From positions 726,206,001-726,270,000 of the forward strand of contig NC_067398.1 in assembly GCF_016432865.1 (NCBI RefSeq): a stretch of 64,000 nucleotides of DNA, written 5' to 3'. The notes under the pieces were generated by a model, which saw only the letters and a program-made list of their open reading frames with translations, made no database searches and was not told the DNA's origin. Position 1 is the first letter of the stretch, and each line of letters opens with the position of its first letter. This document shows positions 37,360 to 49,964 of this stretch, in pieces. The position numbers were made by a program, and so were the translations under genes. The DNA is from Antechinus flavipes (taxonomy: Eukaryota).

Positions 37360-37845
37360 TTTTTTTATTATAACTTTTTACTGACAGAACATATGCCTGA
37401 GTAATTTTTTACATTATCCCTCGCACTCGCTGCTGTTCCTTTCCCCTCCCTCCCTCCACCCCCTCCCCAGATGGCAAGCAGTCCTATACATGTTAGATAT
37501 GGCACAGTGTAACCGAGATACAATAGATGTGGCAGAGCCGAACAGTTCTCTTGTGGCACAGGGAGAATTGGATTCAGAAGGTAGAAATAACCCGGGAAGA
37601 AAAACAATGCAAACAGTCTACACTCGTTTCCCAGTGTTCTTCCTTTGGGTGTAGCTGCTTCTGTCCATCCTTGATCAATTCTCTTTGTCAAAGAAATCCC
37701 TGTGCATCAGAACACATCCTCAGACAGTATCATAGTTGAGATATATAATGATCTCATTTCCCTCAGCATCAGTTCATGGAAGTCTCTCCAAGCGTCTCTG
37801 TATTCATCCTGCTGGTCCTTTCTTACCGAACAATAATGCAATGGA
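37360..37845 (-). mobile_element. L1 3' end fragment
   Basis: T-rich start (reverse poly-A), marsupial L1 3' UTR-like sequence and tcagttcatggaagtctctcca...cctgctggtc, matching the ORF2 end seen at about 14270-14330. Confidence 0.8.
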
Positions 37846-38799
37846 CGCTTTGAGGACATTCCCAGGGTCAGCCTGATGGCCTCATCCTGACCCCCAAATG
37901 CCCAGGACTGACCCCCCAACCATCATCCAGTGCGGACCCTCCCATTACCGGCAACCTTCTCATCTATCCCAACCCTCCCATCCCTGCCCAGCATCCTCCT
38001 CCCGCCCCCCTCCCCCCCCCGCAGTAATGGGGGGTTCCTTGACTCAGCCTCCCAGTGCTCTGAGGCTGCCGCTGTCTCCTCCCCAATCGGCCGGGACCCG
38101 AGGGCGTCTTCTGGACACTGGCTGGTCCCGGGCCGACCGGCAGGTGGCGCTCGGGGCCGCCATGCCAAGGGGTGCCGGGCCAAAAGCTCGGCCGGGAAGC
38201 GTCCCCGAGGGCGCCGCCCCCTCCCACACCCCCAGCTTCCCGAGACTGGAGCCGGTCCCGGGGGAGGAGCCCCACGCAGGCCCCGCGGACGGCTCGCAGT
38301 GCCAGGCCGGGCCGCCCCGCTCCCTGGGGGAGCGAGGGAGAGAGCGCACAGTAAGTAAACCTCGGTACCCGGGGTCCGGGCCAGTGCTCCTCTCTGGACG
38401 TTTTCTCAGCTGAGCCCCACAACGCCCCCGCCAGGGGGCGCTGTTGTCTCCGTTTCACACAGGGCGGGACCCAGGCAGGTGGAGGTCACTTGGGTGAAGG
38501 TCCCGAGGCTGGTCCGACCTCGGGTCTTCCTGCCGAGGTTCTCTTCCCGGGGGGCACCCGGCACTGGCGGGCTCCGTGGGGGGGGGCACTGCCCAGGAAG
38601 GGCCCGTCATCCCGGAGCGGCCCGGGCTCTGTCTGCCCCCGGCGCGTGGGTGCCAGTCCTTGGGGAACCTGCCTCTGGGAGCGTGGCTTCCAGGGAACCG
38701 AGGGGCCCTCCCCTGATTCAGGGCATCCAGGGAACTCTGGGGCGGCGCGCTGTCCAGCAGGTGTGGAGAAGATGGACTGAGGGGGCCCCGGGGCCATGA

Positions 38800-40230
38800 G
38801 GAGACAGGGAGACTGGGAGGGACAGAGATGGAGAGGGACAGACAGAGCAGGGAGGATGAGAGGGAAAGGGGGAGAGAGACACAGGGACAAGGAGACAGGG
38901 AGACAGAGACAGGAAAGTGGGAGACAGAGGAGGAGAGAGAGCAGGGAGGATGAGAGGGAAAGGGGGAGAGAGACAGTGACAAGGAGACAGGGAGACAGGG
39001 AGGGACAGAGATGGAGAGGGACAGACAGAGCAGGAGGATGAGAGGGAAAGGGGGAGAGAGACACAGGGACAAGGAGACAGGGAGACAGAGACAGGAAAGT
39101 GGGAGACAGAGGAGGAGAGAGAGCAGGAGGATGAGAGGAAAGGGGAGAGAGAGACACAGGACAAGGAGACAGGGAGACTGGGAGGGACAGAGATGGAGAG
39201 GACAGACAGAGCAGGAGGATGAGAGGGAAGGGGGGAGAGAGACAGGGACAAGGAGACAGGGAGACAGAGACAGGAAAGTGGGAGACAGGAGAGGGAGAGA
39301 GAGCAGGGAGGATGAGAGGAAAGGGGGAGAGAGACACAGGACAAGGAGACAGGAGACAGAGACAGGAAAGTGGGAGACAGGAGAGGAGAGAGAGCAGGGA
39401 GGATGAGAGGAAAGGGGGAGAGACACAGGGACAAGAGACAGGGAGACAGAGACAGGAAAGTGGGAGAGACAGCAGGGAGGATGAGAGGGAAAGGGGGAGA
39501 GAGACAGTGACAAGGAGACAGGGAGACTGGGAGGGACAGAGATGGAGAGAGAGGAACAGACAGAACAGAGAGGATGAGAGGGAAAGAGGGAGAGAGACAC
39601 AGGGACAAGGAGACAGGGAGACTGGGAGGGACAGAGATAGAGAGGGAGAGACAGAGCAGGGAGGATGAGAGGGAAAGGGAGAGAGAGACACAGGGACAAG
39701 GAGACAGGGAGACTGGGAGGGACAGAGATAGAGAGGGAGAGACAGAGCAGGGAGGATGAGAGGAAAGGGGGAGAGAGACAGTGACAAGGAGACAGGGAGA
39801 CTGGAGGGACAGAGATGGAGAGAGAGGAACAGACAGAACAGAGAGGATGAGAGGGAAAGGGGGAGAGAGACAGGGACAAGGAAACAGGGAGACAGAGACA
39901 GGAAAGTGGGAGAGAGAGGAGAGGGAGAGACAGAGCAGGGAGGATGAGAGGGAAAGGGGGAGAGAGACACAGGGACAAGGAGACAGGGAGACTGGGAGGG
40001 ACAGAGATAGAGAGGGAGAGACAGAGCAGGAGGATGAGAGGAAAGGGGAGAGAGAGACACAGGGACAAGGAGACAGGGAGACTGGGAGGACAGAGATAGA
40101 GAGGAGAGACAGAGCAGGGAGGATGAAAGGGAAAGGGGGAGAGACACAGGGACAAGGAGACAGGGAGACAGAGACAGGAAAGTGGGAGAGAGAGGAGAGG
40201 GAGAGAGAGCAGGGAGGATGAGAGGGAAAG
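38800..40230. repeat. Purine-rich (GA) tandem array, about 90-bp units, about 16 copies, two subunit types
   Basis: ggagacaggg recurs at 38800, 38891, 38983, 39073, 39165, 39252 and onward. Subunit A carries ctgggagggacagagat; subunit B carries cagagacaggaaagtggg. Confidence 0.95.
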
Positions 40231-41017
40231 GCCCCGGGTGACCGCCTTCTTCCGTGACCCTTTGGTCAGAGGGCAGGGGCTCTCCCACGAGGCAGTGATC
40301 CTGGGGATGGAGGAGAGCCAGCCCGTGAACCACCTGTCCAGGGGGGCGGCTGGGCTGCTGAGGACCTGGGCCGCCTCGCTTTGGAGGATCCCTTGCAAGT
40401 ACGATGGTTACCGGAAGCCCTGGAAATCTTTGGGGAAACTTCCCGGGAAACCTTGTAACATTGTTGCAAGCTCCGCGGAGCCCATTGTTCCTAGACACAA
40501 AGTAGCCCCGCGGCCACGCTTGGATCCAGTTTGTAACCAAGCTCTGGGCCAGCACAGCAAAGGAGGCCGCGAATGCACCAGGAATACAAATGTAAACAAA
40601 AGTAGTTCAGGCCCTTCCGGTCTGACGGGGGAGGGGAGAGGACAAGCGCCTTGGACCGGATTCATAAGGGATAGTCTGAGACACTGGGGTGGGGGGGCGA
40701 CACGGGGACCCTTGAGGGAAGAGAGGGAGGACGGCAGTCGCAGGTGGGGCTGGGGAGAGTCCCAGAGAGGAGGGACGGAGGAGGAGCCCGGGGGCACTGG
40801 TTTGCAGGGTGCCCTGGGAAGCGGTAACAGACATCCTGTCCTTTCCTCCGTCCTGCCGCTGCCTCTCTCCTCGGCCTCTGACTCCCTCCCGTTGGCCTCC
40901 TCCGGTTTTTCCAGGGTCTATTAGCTGTCTTTTCTTCTTCTGAGCCGGACATCAGCCGCTGGCCCCTCTTCCTCTCCCCGACAGAAGCCATCAAATGATG
41001 GAACGAATGATGTGGCT

Positions 41018-41200
41018 GCCGTTCGGTCGTTTCCACGTCCGACTCTTCGTGACCCCATTTGGGCTTTTCTTGACAAAGACATTGGAGTGATCAGCCACAT
41101 CCTTCTCCAGACTCGTTTTCTAGATGAGGAAACTGAGGCAAACGGGGGAGGCCACTTGGCCACTGTCTGAAGTCAGATGTGAATTTAGGAGAGGAGTCTT
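41018..41200 (-). mobile_element. MAR1-type SINE
   Basis: gtccgactcttcgtgaccccatttggg..ttttcttg.caaaga...ggagtg...ccttctccag...gatgaggaaactgaggcaaac. Confidence 0.85.
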
Positions 41201-41845
41201 CCCAACTCCAGGGCTGGGCTCTAGCCACTGCTCTGCCCCCGCTGCTCTTCTCATAACAAATAGGTCGGGATAACCCAGGGACCCCCCTCCCCCTCCCCCA
41301 CAGCCCTGGTGCCAATCCGAGGCCCATCTTGAGCTCCTCCCCATGCGATGGGCGGAGACCTGGCCCAGCACTCTGAGAACTGAAGGGAAGCTCCCTCCAG
41401 GACCCAGAGCTAACCGCCAGGGTCGGGCTGGGAAGAGGAGAGGCTCTGCCCCCGTGGCAGGAGCCAGGCCTGGCAGGGGAGTGCTAGGAGAAACTGAGGA
41501 AGGCTCCGAGTGGACTAGGAGAAGTTGCAGTCCTGCCCTTGGGGGGCGGCATTCCCTGAGGGAAGGAGAAGAAAGGATTAGCTGCCTACTGTGTGCCAGG
41601 CCCCGGGAAGCCCTTGACAACCGTCATTTTGTCTGGAAGGCAGGGGGCTATTTCCATCCTCCTTTTAGAGGTGAGGAAACTGAGGCAGCCCGGACTGAAG
41701 AAGCACAGCTTGCGAGCAGCAGGGGCACAGCTGAACTGAGGTCTTCCTGACTGCAGGGGCTGCTTCTAACTGAAGAAGCCTTTCCTGCCATAGAGGACAG
41801 AGGGGCGGGAGCAGGCACACACTTTGCGTCTTGTTAAAGGAAAGA

Positions 41846-41996
41846 TTTTTTGGTTTGTTTTGCTGAGGCAGTTGGGGCTGAGTGACTTGCCCGGGGTCAC
41901 ACAGGTAGGAAGTGTTAAGTGTCTGAGGTCGGATTTGAACTCAGGTCCTCTGGATTTTAGGGCCAGCACTCTATCCATTGCACCATTTAGCTGCCT
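41846..41996 (-). mobile_element. WSINE1-type SINE
   Basis: Reverse of gcagctaaatggtgcaatggatagagtgctggccctaaaatccagaggacctgagttcaaatccgacctcagacacttaacacttcct... Confidence 0.85.
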
Positions 41997-41999
41997 CCG

Positions 42000-43830
42000 A
42001 GTTTTTGTTTTTGTTTCTCTTCTTTATTATCTTAAATAAATTTTTTTTAGTTTATTTCAACACACATTGCTTTATGAATCATGTTGGAAGAGAAAAATCA
42101 GAAAAAAAAAAAGGGAAAAAATGGGAGAAAAAAACCAGAAGGGGAAAAAGTGAATATTGCATGCGGCGCTGCGGATTCAGTCTCCTTAGCTCTTTTTCTG
42201 GACGAGAGTGGCATTTTCTCTCCAAAATCCATTGGGATTGCCTTGGATCACTGAAGCCCTGAGGAAAAAAAGGCTTTCATAGTTGCCCATTGCACGATGT
42301 ATTCCTGGTTCTGCTTGTTTTGCTCAGCATCAGTTCATGTGAATCTTCCCAGGCCTTTCCATAAGCAGCTTGTTCGTCATTTTGTATAGAACAAGAATAT
42401 TGCGTTCCATTCACCTACCGTAATGTACTCAGCCATTCCCCGGATAAGGAGCATTCCATCAATTTCCAGTTCCTTGCTGCTACAAAAAGAGCTGCCCCAG
42501 TTTCGCCCCCGTGGGTCTTTTCCTCTCCTTTATGATTTCTTTGGGATCCAGACCCAGATCAAAGGGCACGCACCCTTTGATCCCCTTTGGGCATGGTTCC
42601 AAATTGCTCTCCAGAATGCTTGGATCATTCCCAACTCCACCGACTGCATCAGCGCCCCAGCTTTCCCATACCCTCTCCGACATTTATCATTAAGGAAAGA
42701 TCTTTTTAAAAGATTTGATTTTTCCAATTACATGTAAAGATCGTTTTTAACATCCATTTTTGGAAAACTCTGTTTCCAATCGTTCTCCTCCCTCCCTCCT
42801 TTACCTTCCCCCTCCCCAAGACAAGACGCAATCAAAAATTCCTTTAAACATATGTCACGTTGCCATGTTGTGCAAGGAAAACCAGACCAAAAGGGGGAAA
42901 GCACCAGCACCAAACACAACTTAACCGACAGGGGACAAGCCTCGGATCGGGCCACGTTCAGTCTCCGCAGCGCTCTCCCTGGATGCTTCATTCATTAAAC
43001 AGAGACATTCACCATCTTAAATCTTGAGTTGCCTCTCTGTCTCTCCGATTCCGTTCCCAAGCCGTAGGCTTTACAGACTGGTTGTCTTACAGAGCTTTTG
43101 CTCCTCCTCGGCCCTGGTTCCCTTCGATGACCCACTGTTGATGTCCTGCCGGACAGGACAGATGCCCTTGGTATTTCCATCCCCAGTCCATGGGAATTGC
43201 CTCGAGTCACCTCCTGGTTGAGAAGAGCCGTTGATCATGACAAGATCTTGCTGTCGCTGCGTCCCATGATCCCCTGCTCCTGCTCACTTCCCTCAACTTC
43301 AGTCTCTCGGCCTCTCTGCAATCAGCCCTCTCGGCATTTCTTAAGGAAGCATAACCTTCCATAACCTTCTCATGTGCAAGGAAAGGGGTCCAGCGGTGAA
43401 AGGCTCCCCTCCCCTCAGCGATCCGAGGCAATCCCCACCAACTTGAACACAAAATGCCGCCTGCGTCCGGAGAAAGACCCGAGGAGCTGAATGGGCATCG
43501 GTACATGCTGGCTCACTATTCTTTCTGGGGGTTTTTTAATCCCTCTCGTGATCTTTCCTTTTATTCTGATTTTTCTCTCCCAACACGATTCAGAAAACAA
43601 TGTGTATAAAAAAGAAATAACGCCACAAATAAAAAAGGAAAGGTCTTGTTTAAATTTTTTTTTTAATTTTAAAGCTTTTTATTTCCAAAACACGTGCACA
43701 GAGTTTTCCACACTTACCCTTGGAAAACCTTGGGTTCCAATTTTTATCTCAGTCCCTTCATCCCTTCCCCTCCCCTAGATGGCAAATTAATCCAATATAT
43801 GTTAAACAGGTGCAATTCAAAAAGGAAAGA
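42000..43830 (-). mobile_element. Cluster of degraded L1 3'-end fragments
   Basis: Repeated L1 ORF2-end and 3' UTR motifs (tcagcatcagttcatgt, ccaaattgctctccagaatg, T-rich tails). Boundaries approximate. Confidence 0.7.
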
Positions 43831-45183
43831 TCTTGCAGTAAATCCTTGATGGGCCCTGGCCCCGCAGGCCTAGACTTTCTGGATTTCTGCTACTGCCTGA
43901 GAACTGCTCTTTGTGTGGTTAAGTGACTTGCCCAGGGTCACATAGCTCGGCAGTGTCTGAGACCACATGCTGACCCACAGGCCAGTTCTCCCTGCACCGG
44001 GCGACCCCCTGATCCTCTCTCTGCAGGCCGGGACTGCCCGGACACTGGGAGGCTTGACGAAGGAAGAACAAAGGGCAGCCAGTGCTTCTGCCCCTGGCAT
44101 TGGTACCATGGCCTGCAGCTCGCATCCTAAGGCCTTTTTCCCATGACACTAAGTTTGAACCTGCCTCTGGCCAGCTTGGTCTCCCGGCCTCCGTTCTGCC
44201 CTCCAGTCCCAAGAGAGACCAGTGCCGAGCCTGCGGCTGGCTCCTGGCTGGGCCCTCCGGTCTGGGGCCTCCTTCCTCTGGGGCAGCTTCTCAGCTGGGA
44301 AGGACAGACCCCTCCCCGGAGCCCGAGGCTGTCCCTCAGCATGGTTCGCTCCTGGAGTCTACTTAACAGATGTTGGCTGACTGGGCGGGAGAGCGAGAGA
44401 AAGGGGAGATTCAGGTCCCTGGCTCATCAGGCTCCTTCGCTGTGGCTACCACAGGGAAGGAAGAACTAAGGTTCTGTGGGGTGGGCCGGGGGGCCAAGCG
44501 TCGATCCTCATGGCAGGTGCTCTTCTTACCCCCATTTCATAGGTGAGGAAACCGAGGCAGATAGGAGTTAAAGGACTGGTCCAGCATCCCAGGACTAGTA
44601 ATGTGTGAGACCAGATTTGAATCTCTTCCTGGCCATGGGTACGGTGACATTATCTTAGTAGTCTTTGGGAACCTGGTCTCCAGGGACGGAGACCAGAACC
44701 TGGGCCGCTTCCCTACCTAATGTCTGCCTTTTGGGCAGCCCCCAGCCTGCTACCGAGGCTCCAGGGAAGAGAGGACCCTCTGAACCTTTTGCCGCATGGC
44801 TCAGCGGCCGGGGGGTCCGGCTGAGGCGGCAGGGGAGCGGCTCTGGCTGCGCTGCGGCTCTCTGGCTCGGGCAGTCCCCGGGGGCCACGCGGTCCCTGTT
44901 CCAAGCCCCTGGACTTACTTCAATGCCCCTGGAGCGGGGAGGACTGCTCCATCTGGCCTCCCCAGTGCCGGGCACACAGTAGGTGCTTGTGTGACATGGG
45001 AGACCTGGCCAGCCTTCAGGGTTAGCATGGCACGTCCTCATCGGAGAAAGCTCTATGAGATCCCAGAAGAAACGCGAGATGCTCCAGGCTAGAGAATCCA
45101 CCCCAAGCGCTCCCGCCGGTGTCCGACCTGTGGCCGAGCCCCCCGAGCTCCTCTCGGCCTGATCGGCCACGCGGCGGCCACAC

Positions 45184-45787
45184 TCCCACGTCCTGATGCC
45201 ATCTGGGGCCTCCCCACGAACGAAGGAGACCCGTCACCGGGTGCTTACAACCACCTAAGGAACTGGACCGACTGGTGGGATCTGTGAGACGGCGAGGAGA
45301 CAAAGGGTCAAGCTCCCAAGCATTTCAGTTTATTAAGCAGCGGATGCCTCTTCCCCAACCTATCGGGGCCGTCGCCTCCCTCAGCTTTGGCCCCGGACCC
45401 CAACTACGGGGGGGGGGGGAGAAGTTTATTATAAACAATTCATGAATTAAAATGAAACAATACAAGATTAGGCACTCTGACTTCAATTAGGGATTTTCTT
45501 AGTTAGGAGGGGATCGGCAAAAAGTACAGTTTCCTGGATTCAGAAAAGGAGGTGCCTCCCAGTGTCCGTAAATGATCAAAGGACTTTGGAACCGATAACC
45601 GATCGATGAGAACGGGGCCAGCTTTCAGACGCGACACGGGGCCCCTGGAGCCGTGCGACTGTGAGAAAACGCTCTGCAGCAACCTCTGGCCGGGTGTCTG
45701 GTCAGTGTAATGGAGGTCCTTAGTTATGGGTCTCTAAGCAGCAGTGGGATGTGGTCCAGCTCAGTCACGCGGGGCCAGGTTCACACA
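45184..45787 (-). mobile_element. Probable ERV LTR followed by a tRNA primer-binding-site-like sequence
   Basis: Minus strand: TG start near 45787 (uncertain), TATAATAAA at 45433-45425, AATAAA at 45334-45329, terminal ...GGCCCCA at 45204, then TGGCATCAGGACGTGGGA at 45201-45184. Confidence 0.5.
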
Positions 45788-46287
45788 GTGCAATAAGGTT
45801 TTCGCCCAACTCCCATACTTGAATAGAGTTTTCTCGCTGGACAGAAATTGGACTAGACCCATAATTGAATAGAAAGGAAACCGAGTTGGCTCCAGATTTG
45901 AGTCACAAGACAGAATCAATGTGGTCCATTCAGTTCCCATCATCACTTGCAGCTCCAAGCTCCTCAATTCTCTCAAATGCTTCCTTTGGATTCAGGGGAC
46001 ACTGGGCAGCCCATACAGGAAGGAGGACAAGAGGAAGCAGAGGCCAGCCAACCCAAGAGGGGAGACACAGACTTAGCCTGAGGTCTTCTTTGCCTGCGCA
46101 GAAAGGCAGGTGCCAGACATATTATAGCTCCTTTCCTATCTGACTTCTGTCCTGGCAAGTCTCACCTTCCATAGGAGCAGCAGGTTCTTCCAGGGAGGAA
46201 AAGCTGAAATGTTCCAAGTCCAAGGACAGTACGGATTTCTCACCCAGACTTTCCCTTCCAGACAATTGTGGCTTTTACTACTACCCT

Positions 46288-46427
46288 TAGGTGCCATTAG
46301 TTGGTGCAGTGGATAGAGCACCAGCCCTGAAGTCAGAGGACCTGAGTTCAAATCTGACCTCAGACTGACACCTCCTGGCTGTGTGACCCTGGCAAGTCAT
46401 TTAACCCCAACTGCCTCGGCAAAAGAA
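46288..46427 (+). mobile_element. WSINE1-type SINE
   Basis: ggtgcagtggatagagcaccagccctgaagtcagaggacctgagttcaaatctgacctcaga...gtgtgaccctggcaagtcatttaaccccaactgcctcggcaaaa. Confidence 0.85.
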
Positions 46428-46799
46428 AATACTATCCTTAGAGGGAAGAGCTGGAAAGCCCTTCCAAGTTCATTTTGGGCTTACCTTAGCCCAGGGGAGG
46501 GAGAAAGTAGCCTGGAGCTCTCTGGGCTTTCGCCTTGTCGGTAGATAGGGTTCCCAAGAAAGAAAAGTCAGAGCAGTCTGAATCACAGTGGCGAAGTACA
46601 GAGTCCTGGGCTTGGCTTGGGGTGATGAAGGATAAGCACAAGCAACAGGGCCTGGTTGGAGAGGAGGCCTAATGGACAACCAGGGTGAGGCCACGGGGAG
46701 CCGGCCAGCGGAGTCAGAAGCTTCAGGGGCTGCCACGTTCCCTTTTTTTCCTGGGGAGTGGAAGATGGACTGGGGTGAGGAGACACCAAGGCAGGCGGA

Positions 46800-48560
46800 C
46801 CCCTGGCAGCTCTTGTAATAAATAGTTTAGGGGTGAAGTGCTGAGGGACTGCCTGAGGATGGGGGCTGTGTCAGAGAAGAGGAGGGGGCGTGGCTAAGAG
46901 ATGCTGCAGAATTGAAATCAACAAGAGGTGTTGAAATCAGCCAGAGATGGAGCACAGGTGAAACAGACCAGAGGTGGGGCACAGGTGAAATGGACCAGAG
47001 ATGGAACACAGGTGAAATGGACCAGAGGTGGGGCACAGGTGAAATGGACCAGAGGTGGGGCACAGGTGAAATGGACCAGAGGTGGGGCACAGGTGAAATG
47101 GACCAGAGGTGGGGCACAGGTGAGATGGACCAGAGGTGGAACACAGGTGAGATGGACCAGAGATAGAGCAGAGGTGAGATGGACCAGAGGTGGGGCACAG
47201 GTGAAATGGACCAGAGGTGGAGCAGAGAAAAAATCAACAGGCCTTGGCACCATATTAGATCTGGGAGAGAAGAGAGAATGAAGAATCCAGCCAGGATGAC
47301 CCCTAGGTTGCAAGCCTTGAGGGCCCGGGAGGACGGGGTATCTTTAATGATAGTAGGGAAGTTTGGATGGGGGGTATTTTGGCGGGGAAGATAAGAGACC
47401 AATTTTAGCCATACTGAGTTAAAGAGGCCTACTGAACATCTGGTTCGACGGTAAACACGCAGTTGCAGATGGGTGGTTGGAGGTGAGCAAAAAGATTAGT
47501 GTAGGAAGGCTCGATGTGAGAATCATTACATTTGTGAGAGCATAGTGGTACGGAGGATGAAGAGAAGAGGGCCCAGGACAGAGCCCTGAGGGACATCCAT
47601 GGTCAGAGGGTGCGATCCTGAGGGGGATCCAGCAAAGGAGACTGAGGAGGAACAGTCAGAGGGGGAGGAGGAGAATCGGGAGAGAAAAATCAGATCCAAA
47701 AGGGAAAAAAACAAAAGAAAAAAACAAGCAACAACAAAGTTGAAAATCCGGTGTGATTCACACTCAGGCCTCCTAGTTTTCTCTGGGTGCAGACAGCCCT
47801 CTCCATCCCACGCCTATTAGCATTGGCCTGAAGCACCTCGCTGTTCAAAAGAGCCATGGCTGGTGACCACTTTACCTTGTAAACACCTATTATTTGCCAG
47901 TAAGTCAAACACTTTCCAGATATGTCATCGGATCTTTGCATCAGTCCTATGAAGTAGGTATTATTATTATCTCCATTTTACAGAGGAGGAAACTGAGGCA
48001 GAGAGAGGATAAGTGACTCGGCCAAAGTAACGCAGTTACTGTCTGTGGCTGTATTTGAACCTTTTTCTTTTTGACTCCAGGCCCAAAGTTCCGCCGCTGC
48101 CTTGCGAGAGCTCCAGAATGCTGAGAAAAGGTCGTTAGCTCTGGCGACCAAGAGGGGCTCAAGAACTAAAAGGAGGCGGGAATGCAGGCGGGGGGAACGG
48201 AAGGAAGCAAAGGCAGCAAGTGTAGACGGCCGAGGAGGGGAGAGAGAGTGAGGATCGCTGGGGATGAAGAGAGACAGTGACTTGGCCAAGCTTGGAGGAA
48301 GCAGGGAAGCAGCCAGAGTCAGAGGATGATGGGGGGAGCACTGCTGCAGCAGGAGGGACGCTGGAGGGAGCACTCTGCTGGCCTGGGCAGGAGGATTCAT
48401 GGAGGAGGCACTGTGCCACGGCAAGCAGGAGGGATAGATGTCGGGCACTTGGGTTGGCAGAGGGAGGGCCGGGCTTAGGACACGGCCCCCTTTTGACATG
48501 AGACAGGGAACAGCCAGGGTCTCTAGTCTTTGACCCTCTTCCTTTCTAGAACAGGACGGG
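46800..48560 (-). mobile_element. Ancient LINE-2 fragments, interrupted by a minisatellite and a MIR-like piece
   Basis: Minus-strand RT motif DVPQGSVLGPLLF at about 47560-47600; typical L2 tracts at 47280-47450 and 48120-48420. Confidence 0.7.
46945..47225. repeat. 27-bp minisatellite, about 10 copies
   Basis: gaccagaggtggggcacaggtgaaatg units. Confidence 0.95.
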
Positions 48561-49964
48561 AAGCCAGAGAGGGAAGGGGCCGGCCTCCAGTTTCCCAGTT
48601 CAGTGCCCTGTGAGTCAGGCCCCTGGAGCCTCCCCCGGGGCTGTCCCTGCTGGAAACAAAGCTGCCTTGTCCAGCTGCTGCTGCTGCCTGGAGTCCCTGG
48701 GGGCGGGTCTGTCCCCAGAAGGGATGGGGGGCTGTCGGGGCCCCTTTTGGGGCAGAGCTGCCAGGGCAGGGCCCTCCTAGGGGCAATGAGGGGCCCGAGG
48801 TGCTTGGCGACCTGGGCAGGGCTAGGAGATGGCCAGAGGGAGCTGGCTCTCCCCCTCAGGCTGCCATTAGGGCCGGTGCCTTGGGGACCCATGGGTGGGG
48901 GCCCTGGGGACCCGCTGCCTTCGCCCGGGGTGGGGGTGGGGGGGAAGGAGCTGAGCCGCCAGCAAGGATGGGCTGGCAGAGCCAGTACAAGACCCCGGGC
49001 AGCAGCTGCCACCTGCAGGCCTTCCCAGGGGGGGCACACGGGCCTTCTCCCTGCTCCCCAAGCCCCCTGGTCCCTGGGCAGGCAGGGAGTCAGCACTTCT
49101 CCCTTAGCCTGAGACAGAGGGCTTGGTCACATGACTGGTCCTGCCTGGAGGAGGGGAGGGGGCTGGACCCAGCTCAGCCCACAAAGGATGGGGGAGGGGG
49201 AGGGCTGAGGCAGGATGAATCCCCAGCCGATGACCGTGGCTGGCTCACTGTGGGGCCAGGGGCACCCTGGGCCGCCCTGAGGAGGGGAGGGGGGGGGAGT
49301 CCGCCCCAGGGCATCAGCTGCAGGCAGTCCCCTCCAAAGGTTAGGCCCCAGGCCACCGAGTCCCAGTTGCTGTTGACCCCCGAGGGCGGCTCCGCTGGGC
49401 AAGGCCTTGTGGGCCTCGGGTTTGGCTGCTCTGTCATTTGGAAGGGAGGGGCTGGAGCTGCTGCCCAAGGAGCAGGCCTTTGTCCTCCCTTCCCGGCTGC
49501 CCTGGCCCGGGAAGCTGGGGCATCTGGGGGTGCTCCCTTCTGTCCCGGCTTGGCCACGCTCCTCCTCCCCCAGCCCTGGCACCCCCTGTGCCAGGGAAAG
49601 ACGGCGTCTGACTTGCCAAGGGCCGGCAGGCCCCGCCATCCTCGGGTCCTGAGAGGGACGAGCCCGGGCGTCAGGGCCTGAGCCCCCACCCTTGAAGGCC
49701 TTCAGAGATGGCTCCAGCCCCCAGCCAGGCTGGTCTTCCAGGGAGCCGGGCAGGGAAAGGGCTCTCTGGTCCGCGGCTGACAAGGGAGCAGCCCGTGCTG
49801 GGCTGCAGGAAACCCGACACTGGGGGCCGACAGAGAGCTGGAGCCCCCGGTCGCCTCCGAGGCCCCCGAGGCCCTGCTCACTGGCTGGGGCCGCTTCCAG
49901 GGCCAGGGTTCCCACGGAGCCTGGTTAGCCCCCAGAGGGCCCTGCTCTCTGGAGGGCATCTGCC

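Noticed and set aside
38455-40555. 647-aa and 689-aa Leu/Ser/Pro/Cys-rich minus-strand ORFs
   Set aside because: Translation of the pyrimidine strand of the GA-rich array.
40580-40600. Forkhead motif TGTAAACA in unique sequence as an enhancer
   Set aside because: A single short motif without conservation data is not enough to call.
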